Source: Eledone cirrhosa | Lineage: Eukaryota | Assembly (NCBI GenBank): GCA_964016885.1 | Contig: OZ024743.1 | Coordinates: 284,146,001 to 284,210,000 of the forward strand | Direction: 5' to 3' | Length of the DNA: 64,000 bases | Shown here: piece by piece, positions 53,075 to 64,000 of the stretch | Position numbering within the stretch: the first letter of the stretch is position 1 | Layout: each line of letters opens with the position of its first letter | The notes under the pieces: generated by a model | The model's database searches: none | What the model saw: only the letters and a program-made list of their open reading frames with translations | What the model was told of the DNA's origin: nothing | Position numbers and translations under genes: made by a program

Positions 53075-53744
53075 CTGAAAAGATTAAAAAAAAACAGAAT
53101 TTAAAACTTCAAATGAAAATAAAATTTTAGATTTTTCTTTCATTTTTAACATAAGAAATATATACAATTTTTGTTTAAAAGTAGATTTTATTCCAGATAT
53201 TTCTTCCTTTATTTATACCAGAGAGTGTTACCCAGATCCATTATGTTACCCAGATCTATTGTTATCTATTCTTTTAGCTCCACCTCCATGAGGAAAAGAA
53301 CATTTTCAAGTAGGTAAGCTTAGTGTTTGTTGTTTATAGAAGAATGTTGTATTCACTAAATGCCAACCAGTTATTTGATGAACTCTGCACTGTTTTTCAG
53401 CTAACATAGTTTGCCCAATTTGAAGTAAAATTTATTAGTGCTGAGAAAGTTTTTTTTATATTTGTGCTACTCAGACTAGTTTCATTCAATTACGATTGGA
53501 AAATAGAAAACATTATACTTTATATATTTCTTATAAAGTCATATATAAGTAGGGAGCCATTGGCATTGAACAACTCCCTTATTGTCAGAAAATTCAGATT
53601 TTTTTAATTCATGGTTCAGTATAAATATTTTTGTGTCATCCTTAATAACCAGTTTCTGGTGTTTTTTATCTACATCACCTGTATTTCTTCATGCTAGAAT
53701 GCTATAATTTGGATGCAGACAAACATGGAATAGCATTTATATTA

Positions 53745-53938
53745 AAAAAAAAAAGCACCCAGCACTCACTGTAAATGAAGTTGGTGTTAGGAAGGGCATC
53801 CAGCTGTAGAAATCAAGCCAGAATCAGTTCCCGTATGAGCAAGACAAGGTCAGCCGACCGGACACTGCTCACAACAGGACAACCCGTCTAACCCATGCTA
53901 GCATGGAAGAACGGACATAAAACGGTGATGATGATGAT
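53745..53938 (+). mobile_element. RTE-B-related 3' terminal fragment
   Basis: sequence match. Confidence 0.8.
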
Positions 53939-54911
53939 TACTCTATATATACTAGTGTATTTTCATGGTAAAGGCTTTATCTTACATAATTATCTCAAAT
54001 AATATCGAATCTACAAGATTTTGAAGTTATTTATTTTGAGAACAATACTTTAACGACAGTATGAGTGGCCAGTTATGGCTGGTTTGAACAGAAAGAGGTG
54101 AGAGAATTCTGGCTGGATACAGCTGGTTTAAATGATAAAGGGTTAGAGGTAAAAATATTCCATATGTTTTTATAATAAAGAGAGCTTTTTAGATGTTTAG
54201 GTTGATTAGATTAACATAATAATGAGTTTAACATTATCATCTATTTATACAACTAAGAAAGGGTGAACAGTTGTATCACATCCTATTCTTTCCAGTTGTG
54301 AATTACTTATATGGAATTGTTTGAATAATATCTTTGTAGTTGTCCAGATAGAAAACAAATAATTGTCAGAGTTCTAATGATATATGATTTTGTATATTGC
54401 TTGGTTTGACAGTTGTGTGTGTTTTTGTAGCAATTGTGCTGATATGAATACATATGAGCAACTTGTAAAAGTAAATTTTGGCAAGAAAATTATCAATTTG
54501 ATTGATTTTATTTGTAGTACTTTAAGTAAATATTTTAAACTATAATTTACTGAGGTATGTAATTAGATTTGAGGTACTTAAATTGTTTCCGATATCTTGC
54601 AAAAAGAATAATCAATCTTTATGTATATAATAAATCTTAATATCTTAACAATTGATGAAGTGTTATTCACTTAAGTTATTTTATAAATGTTGTGTCAATA
54701 TTCCAAAGAAACAGTCTTTTGTAATATTCAGTTTGACTAGAAAAAGTCACCAAGAGAGATAGCTGTATTGAAAGTCAAACAACGAATTTAAAAATGGTCT
54801 TAATAAATATTGGAATAACCATAAATTAGAGACACTATCCTGAAAGAGGTTAATTAAAAATTAATAGTTAATTTCTGACAATAAATAGTAAAGAGTATGA
54901 CAAGGACTTAC

Positions 54912-55058
54912 TTGGGCCAACCTTCAAATGTAGACACAGTGAAGAGTGTCAACATTGCCTTCCCAACATCATCAAAATTGAAATCATTGTTTGCCCAGTC
55001 TCTTTCTTTCATTTCAGGGTAATTTACGTCTCCATTTTTATAAACAATATAGTTACCC
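54912..55058 (-). CDS. Cav1: Cav1 exon, domain III pore loop ([10 protein letters not shown]...[23 protein letters not shown])
   Basis: 147-nt exon, ttccag / gtaagt; contains the selectivity-filter motif TFEGW. Confidence 0.96.
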
Positions 55059-55978
55059 CTGGAAAAGAAAAAGAAAGAGAAGATAACTCAATATGTTTGT
55101 GACAATATAGGACAGTTATTTATATTTAATCTCATACCATTATCTTCATAAAAACAAATCTTTCCATCTGAATAAATGCAATTTTTTTAGATGTTGCCTT
55201 CGCTACTAACAGACATTACACAGAAGATGAATTTATTCTTTGGCCTCTGGATTTATTCATATTCAACTGTTCAACCTTAATAAAGTCTAATATTATGTTG
55301 TCATACAATTTATCAACTCCTGAAATATATTAAATTAAATCAACATTAATAGAATTTAGATCTTCAACCAAAAGGCTTCAATGTCTAAATTTGGCCACAA
55401 AGCAACCATTTTATTTAGATGTAAATAAAGAGTTCAAAGTTGTAATCGATAATAATAAAATTATTTTCCCACAAAAATCAACTTGAATGAAGCATGAACT
55501 ATCATTTCATAATATGGTACGAATCTGTTTATCACAGCAAATTAAATTAAATGTATTTTCTAAGAGGGCAAAGCAATGCTTTTAAAACATCTGAGTTGTG
55601 AGTCAGTAGCCCAATACCACTCACCCCATACATCTTCTTTCATCTCAAAAGTAATTATGTTTGTTAGTTATTGATTCAACACTAAGAATAACAATATTTT
55701 ACATGCGTGAAACTATTTTCTCAAAATCCTATTGTCATGGAAGCTATGTGTAAAAATCTACACATTGCTTGCGTGATAATACTTGAGACACTACAATAAC
55801 ATCTCATTGAGGATACCCTAGAATTGTTTCCTACTAGCTTTAATAGATAGCTATGAAATGTTTTTAGAAAAGAAAACTGCTATTGTGATGTTTATACATT
55901 TTCCAAATGTATTAGCAACATAAATGAAATATAATAAATAAAAATTGGGAATCAAAACTGGCTGAATGGGAAATCCCA

Positions 55979-56437
55979 TGGGTGGTGGATTGGCAGTATT
56001 GGTAGAGCATTGCATAATATGATTTGTAGCATGGAGTTACGGCCCTTTATGTTCTGAATTCAAATCCCGCTGAGGTTAGCTTTGCCCTTCATCCTTATGG
56101 TGTTGATAAAATAATGCACTGTGTCGACTTAATCAACCTTTCCCTCCCCTTCAAATTGCTGGCCTTGTGTCTAAAGTAAGAAACAATAATTTAATTTGAG
56201 CCCACATGCCAACTTATGAGATCTACTTTTCCATTATTATTTAAATTAGGGCAGGGGATTGGCAGTATCGGTAGAGGGTCGGACGCCATGCTTTCCAGCA
56301 TAGTTACGTCCGTTTATGGTCTGAGTTCAAATCCTGCCAAGGTTAACTTTGCCTTTCATCCTTACGGGGTCGATAAAATAAAGTACCAGTAATTTACTGG
56401 GTAATTGCTGGCCTTGTGCCAAAAGTAGAAACAATTA
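55979..56437 (+). mobile_element. Two tandem copies of the 42276-type SINE (55979-56188 and 56248-56437)
   Basis: both start gg..g..ggattggcagtat.ggtagag and share the centre and tail. Confidence 0.8.
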
Positions 56438-56740
56438 TTTAAATTATTATTTGCTGATTCAACATCTCTGGCCCTAACCATGAAGTGCTTATAGTCAATA
56501 TCTCTTAATATAATCATCTCCTAGTAGACTATCATGTTTCAAGAATAGGATCCTAAAAGCTACAAAGAATTTATATATTAAAATTTGAAACAATACAATA
56601 CAAGGTTGAAGTAAGACTAAATCAAAATATTTACAGATGATAGAATGTGGAATGGATTAAACCTTAAAATAGTTAAATTTGGCAAAGTTTTCAAGAACTT
56701 TTTCTTAATCAGAAAAAAATGGGAGACACAAACTGAAAGG

Positions 56741-56786
<46 letters not shown>

Positions 56787-56794
<8 letters not shown>

Positions 56795-57481
56795 ATACTT
56801 GGGGAGGGTCATATTTGCGTAATATTGCCAGAATTAATAACAGAACACACTCACTGTTTGGTTGGTTTTCGCTTCTCGCTGTCTTTTATATCTGCGATCT
56901 AACTTACTCGGTCCTCAATGTTGCCATTGACTGACCGACGGTCAAAAATAATACAGATACAATATAGACACAAACACATATATATAGTTTACATAATTTA
57001 CATAAATCTTTCGTTGCACATCTGCAACATCGTCAGTGGTGTTATATTCTTTGTTCCTCCTGTTGTGTTGTATGTCTACGCCATTTTTTTTATTCAGTCT
57101 GTCTATTTTTTTTATTCAGTCTGTCTATAGACAGACTGAATAAAAAATGGCGTAGACATACAACACAACAGGAGGAACAAAGAATATAACACCACTGACG
57201 ATGTTGCAGATGTGCAACGAAAGATTTATGTAAATTATGTAAACTATATATATGTGTTTGTGTCTATATTGTATCTGTATTATTTTTGACCGTCGGTCAG
57301 TCAATGGCAACATTGAGGACCGAGTAAGTTAGATCGCAGATATAAAAGACAGCGAGAAGCGAAAACCAACCAAACAGTGAGTGTGTTCTGTTATTAATTC
57401 TGGCAATATTACGCAAATATGACCCTCCCCAAGTATAACAATATCTGTTTCGACACACGATTTCATATAAAAACCTCGCTA

Positions 57482-57486
<5 letters not shown>
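56787..57486. mobile_element. Penelope pLTR-only fold-back element (palindrome centred at 57127/57128)
   Basis: arms of ~317 bp nearly identical to those at 26434 and 27408; no ORF; (TA)n flanks. Confidence 0.88.
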
Positions 57487-57524
<38 letters not shown>

Positions 57525-57571
<47 letters not shown>

Positions 57572-57580
57572 AGAGAAAGA

Positions 57581-57668
<88 letters not shown>

Positions 57669-57689
57669 AAGAGAGAGAGAGAAAGAGAG
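57525..57689 (+). repeat. (GA)n microsatellite
   Basis: direct reading. Confidence 0.95.
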
Positions 57690-58267
57690 ATTTGACCTAG
57701 AAAAAGCAGATGAACAAAAATGAAAATTTGACCAAAACGAAAGCTAAACAAAGTTGATAGTTTTTTCATGAGGATTTTCCAAAAAGGGGGAAATTATAAA
57801 GTGCAAAAGGTTGCAATATGGCATTTGTAGCTTAAATAAAAGCAAAGGATTATTTAAAGGGAGATTTTCACTGGAATTGGTGAGCTCTTAATACAATTAC
57901 CAGTTATTTTAGAGAATAAATTCATTGAAAATATAAAGTATGTTTTATTTTTCAAGCCCTTGAAGTAGTAGTTCTTTTTTGGGGTCAACTAAAAAGATAA
58001 AAAGGAACAAAAATCTCCCAGAGAATTAAGTTGAAAATCTTTAATCTCCAATGATACAAAATATCTATTTCTTTGAGATATGTGCTAGAATAAAAGCAAA
58101 AATGGTATTTTTAGTTTACCTACATAGTTCAATACAAATAATGTAATTTATAAAAGTCTACAGCTTATCATTTAAATTTAATTCTGAACAGGGAATCAGG
58201 CAAATTATTTATCAAACTGTACTTTGTACAAAAACAAAGATAAGGCTTTCTATATAATACAAAATAT

Positions 58268-58314
<47 letters not shown>

Positions 58315-58560
58315 TGTGTTGCTTCAGATTTAGCTCAAGGGAAAATCAAATTGAACAGAGAAATGGAAGTCATTAGATGCTAACATATTTCATACATAAA
58401 CCTGATAAAATTGCATACAACTTCAGTAGGATTATATGACATCATGAACTCCCCAATCTCATTATATTTTTGCCAAATTTCATTGTCTTTGTTCCAATGT
58501 TTAAACAATGAAACTGATAGAGAGACTAGTGATAGGAAAATAAAAAGAAAAAACACTTAC

Positions 58561-58613
58561 TGACATTCTTCTTCGATTCTTTTTGATGAATCTGAACATC
58601 TGTGGAATGTTCC
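58561..58613 (-). CDS. Cav1: Cav1 exon, domain III extracellular loop (GTFHRCSDSSKRIEEEC)
   Basis: 53-nt exon, ttttag / gtaagt; has the conserved G-x-F-x-x-C-x-D...EC pattern; phase matches the next exon. Confidence 0.92.
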
Positions 58614-59731
58614 CTAAAATATTAAAATGCATGCAAAGAATTAGAGCATTTTCAAATAAAAAGAGCAGTAACAACAACAACAACAACAATGATGAGACAA
58701 ACATATAATTTCCCATCTAACATGATCAATTATTTAACAACAAAATGGTAGTTTTCTGTTGTGAACTATTGTTATATGAAAATATTGGACAAGTTATCTA
58801 CTCCCACTTCATCCAGTTTTTATGGTGTGATGCAGTTAAATTAGAAGAGAAAGAGAGGAGAAGGTAGAGCAATATATATGATCTTTGAAAGCCTTCCCAG
58901 GCTGCTGAGATTTATTACCTGATGTTCAGTGTGAAAATTTCTATGTCAATGTTTGCAAGAAGAGTGAGGGCAGGAATGAAATTCCAGAAGGGAGCATTTC
59001 TGAGGGTGTGGATGGAGAAGAATTAGGATACGTATTTACTCTAGGAAATGACACACAGTGAGGGTGACAGGAAGTGAAGAGACAGAATGTTGAAGAGGAT
59101 ATGCAACAGGATAGTTCAGAAGAGCAAAGGTTATGTAGCAACTACAGAAGAGGCATATAAGAAAAACAAACCCCTGCAAAACCCATATTTGTCACAGGAT
59201 TTAATCACGTAGAGATTAGAACTTAGTGCTGCAAGTTTAAGGCCTTTCCTATTTATTTAGCTTAAGTAGCTAGCCAGAACAAAATATTTTCTGTTCCTGA
59301 GTGGAACACCAGCTCTTATGATGCAGTTTTGTCTATGCAAAATATGAGAGAAGACACAAAACCTAGAGTTTAAATAAACTAGTGAGAGTGAGTAGAAAAA
59401 AAAAATTAATAAAATCCATTAAAAAAATGGTTTAGGCTTAAGTGTTGAGTTTACATGAATTAAATAACATCCTTGCAAGCAGGGAAAAGCGGATGTAAAC
59501 CAATGATGATGATGATAAATAACACCTATACTCTATTTCCTTTAAAGTATGGAATACTAAGTTGAATAATGGTCTTCTTAGCATTTAATTAGTAGCATCT
59601 TCTCTCTCTCTCTATATATATATATATATACACACACACTTATATATATATATATATATACACATACACACATTATATATATTGAGGGAGAGAGAAGATT
59701 CAGCAAAAGATTTTACTTTAATAGATTTTAC

Positions 59732-59839
59732 CTTAAATAGCTGTACACCAATGACTGCAAACATGAATTGCAACAGAAATGTGACCAGCATAATATTACC
59801 AATGGTGCGGACAGCAACAATAACACATTGTACCACATG
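59732..59839 (-). CDS. Cav1: Cav1 exon, IIIS4-S5 linker and IIIS5 ([36 protein letters not shown])
   Basis: 108-nt phase-0 exon, ctacag / gtaaa, in frame with its neighbours. Confidence 0.95.
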
Positions 59840-60589
59840 CTGTAGAAGAAAGAATATCACTTTAGATAAGATTAATAACTGAAAATTTGGTTATACAATT
59901 ACAACAATCACAGTGTTCCATGTAACCAGAATATAAACAACGTAAGCATATTTTTTATTTATCATTATATACCAGCTTTTCCATGTCAGCATGGAAAAGC
60001 TGGTATATAACAATAATTATGATGGTTATGTGTTCATATCAATTTAAGCACATGCACAATTGTGAAAATACACATATACACATACCATCATTTCCATTTA
60101 GCGTCAATTCTTCCATGTTTGCATGGGTTAGATGAGTCATCCATGCCAGGAGGAAAGCCTGGCCATGGCTGGCTACGTAACACCTTGCTCCGGCAAGGGC
60201 TATAAATTTGGCCAGGTATTTTACATGCCCTTCCTAACACATACATATATATGCGAATAAATATATATGTACTTTGAAAATAATAATATAGCCAAGTTTA
60301 CCCAGTTCAATGCGGTGGTTTTTTGCCCTTTGATACCTAGATTCTTACTAGACTTTGCTAGACTATATGAAGAAATAAATGTAATTGACTTAAAAGTAAC
60401 CTTGCACATATGACTCTACACGTCTATCAGAATGGGATCAATTGAGACTGCTTACAATTAGGTTGACTTATATATACTGTACAAACCGAAGAGTTGGTTT
60501 CTAGATTTTAGCATCAGTTTTTGCCATTATGATGGTCTGATACTGTCATGTCATAAAGATGGGTTCATTCTAGACAGGTTCAGGAAAAT

Positions 60590-61030
60590 CCCCATAGTAT
60601 CATGTAGAGAATTAGGGTTAAAAATTACCTTATTAGTGTAGACTTCTTAGACATCACACTAAATCTAGATTTTAAGATACAAGTGTCTTCAGAAACTTAA
60701 TGGGCAATCAAAATATATTAATAGATGCTCCATACATACAGAAAAATTTTCAATGCAAGATGAGTTAAGTTGGCCACACCTGTGCTAAATGCATGAACAC
60801 ATATATAACCAACAAACCCACCCCACCAAACATAACGTTCCAGATTGTTCCTGCAGAAGGCCTGAAACATGTCCACTAAACCAACTATGCAACATGGAAT
60901 TGGTTGTGCATGAAGCAGAAGTTACCTCAACCATACACCACAACAACCAATTGAGAAAAAGAGATATATTGGTATGATGGAGAGTAAATTCAAGAAAAAA
61001 TTCAATGGAGTCATAACTGATAGAATATAA
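60590..61030 (+). mobile_element. Old Penelope-like RT/GIY-YIG remnant
   Basis: GLKIT..VDFLDITLNL; CSCRRPETCPLNQLC...VV.EAEV...RYIGM.E..FK. Confidence 0.7.
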
Positions 61031-61170
61031 GCCATTAATATTTCATTTGGTTAACTACTACCCAATCATCAGGCCATCTGTGAAACATACAAATAAAAAT
61101 AGCATCCATGTATATCTAGAAAGCCACCACCTGCTTCAGTATAAACTCAACTTAAATGATGTTGATGTTA

Positions 61171-61317
<147 letters not shown>

Positions 61318-61365
61318 CTAAAAAAATATTCAACAAACATCTTATATTTTTATACATCTGTCAAG

Positions 61366-61467
<102 letters not shown>

Positions 61468-61545
61468 TTTCCATTGTTTTTGTCCTGTGCACCCCCTATT
61501 TTAAATTGATATTCTAAAGACTACCTTGTGTGGGCATTTTTAAAA

Positions 61546-61606
<61 letters not shown>

Positions 61607-64000
61607 CATATATATAAATATATGTACACATACACACAGGCTCATACAATTTCATGAGTACTTTAGGAAAATATTACCTTGCTAAAATTAATTATGGTGT
61701 ACAGTGTGGAGTGCGTATATGTCTTATTACTGAATGTGTGTGTGTAAACACACATACATATAAGTTTAGGTTTGTACCCATCTTCTTTTATCATTTATAA
61801 ACACTGTTAGAATTTTAAAAAGGGGATTTTTTTGTTAAAAAATATATATTGCTCTATAATTTTATTTTTATAAAATATATTGATTTATTGATTAAATTTT
61901 GAATACATATAAATTGGTGTGGAATGTTATTTATTTTACTATGTAAAGAAACTATTTATGGTTAGGTTTTTTACACTTTAAATTTATATAACTTTATATT
62001 AAAGACATAGGTATATTATGCTTATTGTTTATAATAGAAATTATAAAAACTCTAAAACTTCTAAAAATATATTTGCTATTTGGGTGTTATATGAAACATT
62101 TAACTTGAATTGTATGCTTAAGATATATAGCTGGGTATTCTATTTCAAATACACTAGAGTATTCTATTTCGAATGTAGTAGTGTTGTTGTTGATGTATAG
62201 AACTGTGTTGTTTTTGGAATTAAATGTTGAACATTTTAAAGATAACCATTGCTAGAGTAATAGCACTGATCATTAATCAACAAAGTGGTTGGCACTTATA
62301 GCTCAGTTACCTCAATATACCAGGTTTAATCTTTTTGTTATATACACTGCCTATAATTTTCAAATAATTTTCAAAACAATCAAGAAATATAGTAAAATAA
62401 CTAACTCTCTTGTTAATAATTTGATGTTTGGAGCATAATTTAACAAAGGTTCATACATAAAATTATGTAAATACTTCATATAGAACCAGGGGTAGTTTGA
62501 TATTAAAAGGGTTAAATTACTTTTAAAAAATTGTTGAATGTTTCATCAACTTGCATTATTAAAGTTAACTCCTTCTCTAGTATGTTTTTGAGATGGATGG
62601 TTTCTGCAAAGTTAACTTACTCTAAATACACTACATGGTGACAAGGTTCTCAGTGGGGTTTCTATGATACAATCAGAGTTTATATGGTTTGATATCACCA
62701 TTGATAGAAAGGATTTTCTGAATCTATCTCTTGAATTTCTATTTACCCGTGATTCCAATCAACATATTTCCATGTGTATTTAGGTGCTTTATTTCTAACA
62801 CATCTTTTGGCTGGATTTGAATTCAGAATGTTTCATCTATATAAAGTTCCAGAAACATTAAACATAAGTTGTCTCAACTTTTTTTGTATATTTGTAGAGT
62901 CAGGACTACGAAAAGATAGAAAATCTAAAGACGAGCTGAAAAGCCTGTAAAATCTAAACAATTTTATATTTGGAATATTGGAGTAAAAATTTTAATTAGT
63001 GGAAAATATCCATTTGTATCAAGTATAATCAGATATCAGTGAAAGTTATTTGCAACAAAACTAATCCTTCAGTTTGATAATAATATTTTTCATTAACATT
63101 TAAAAAATATCAATTTCTTATAAGGAACTAGAAGATTATGCTATATCAGCAATTCTTAACCAGAAGAGAAATTTCAGTATTCTATGTGTGGAAATTTGGA
63201 AATTCTAGAAAGGAAATTGCTATTAGGTAAAACAAATTCTTTATCATTATGTAGAATACTTTTGTTCGATTTATTTGTAGTGTTAATTTTAAGTTAATGT
63301 TAAATTAATACAAGTCTGTGAATGTTATGCAATAAATTGTGTTGTACATAAGACTTTTTTTGTATCATATGTGAGAGGGCAATGGGGTTGGTAAACTGGT
63401 AAAAGAAATAAATACAAACAAAAGGTTAAGAAATATTGCTCTATGGGAAAATAATTTAACATAACTTTAATAAATTTCAATAATTCTTTTATATCAATTT
63501 GCATATTTTTGGCAACAGATTTGACCTGTTATTGTATCTTGAAACAGATATGTTTTGATAGTCATATCTGACATTTATACACACACATTATCAATTATTC
63601 ATTTCTTAATTTTTTAATTTTTTAATTTTTTTATTTAATATAATTGAAGTCTTCATATTTGATATCAATATATTTTTCGTATTATTTGTGAAAATATTTT
63701 AATACCTTTAAAAACTTTACATACAAAAAATAACATTTTATTTGTATTTTTTTAAATATAGAAATACATTTTGTCTATGTAATAAAATAACCTTTACTTA
63801 AAACAAATGCTGTGATATCATTATTATTAGTTTGTTTATTTAAAAATACATTTGAAAGGAAAATATATTTAAACAAGAATGCAAAAATATTTAGGACATT
63901 TGGGGGAAATATTTTAGAAAGTATATTTAGATTTATGTAATATACATTTATAGATGAGTTTTATAAATACTTCATATATTGCATTCAAGAAATTCTCTAG

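Noticed and set aside
57479-57769. Ser/Leu-repeat ORF
   Set aside because: Translation of the (TC)n microsatellite

Overview
AT-rich animal genomic DNA, probably an octopod cephalopod (inferred from the SINE/RTE repertoire, not proven). The right half carries eight in-frame minus-strand exons (61273 to 44428) of an L-type voltage-gated Ca2+ channel alpha-1 subunit (Cav1), running from IIIS4 through the domain III pore to IVS3. I did not find the IVS4 exon in the window, so the rest is apparently one very large intron. That intron holds candidate frame-preserving small exons for the IVS3-S4 linker (48 nt at 32871-32918, 12 nt at 39488-39499). Positions 1 to ~31.4 kb are a dense nest of retroelements separated by (TA)n tracts: three RTE-type LINE families, a CR1-like LINE with CCCH fingers, tRNA-derived SINEs and Penelope-like elements. 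Two pogo (Passer-like) DNA transposons lie further right. The most striking non-coding signal is a set of at least seven different type-I hammerhead-ribozyme-like folds in short Penelope-like or retrozyme-like inserts. One has a ~77-nt branched insertion in stem II and another has a family-wide CAGAAGA core variant. Several long fold-back palindromes accompany them. All calls were made by eye; no database searches or folding programs were run.
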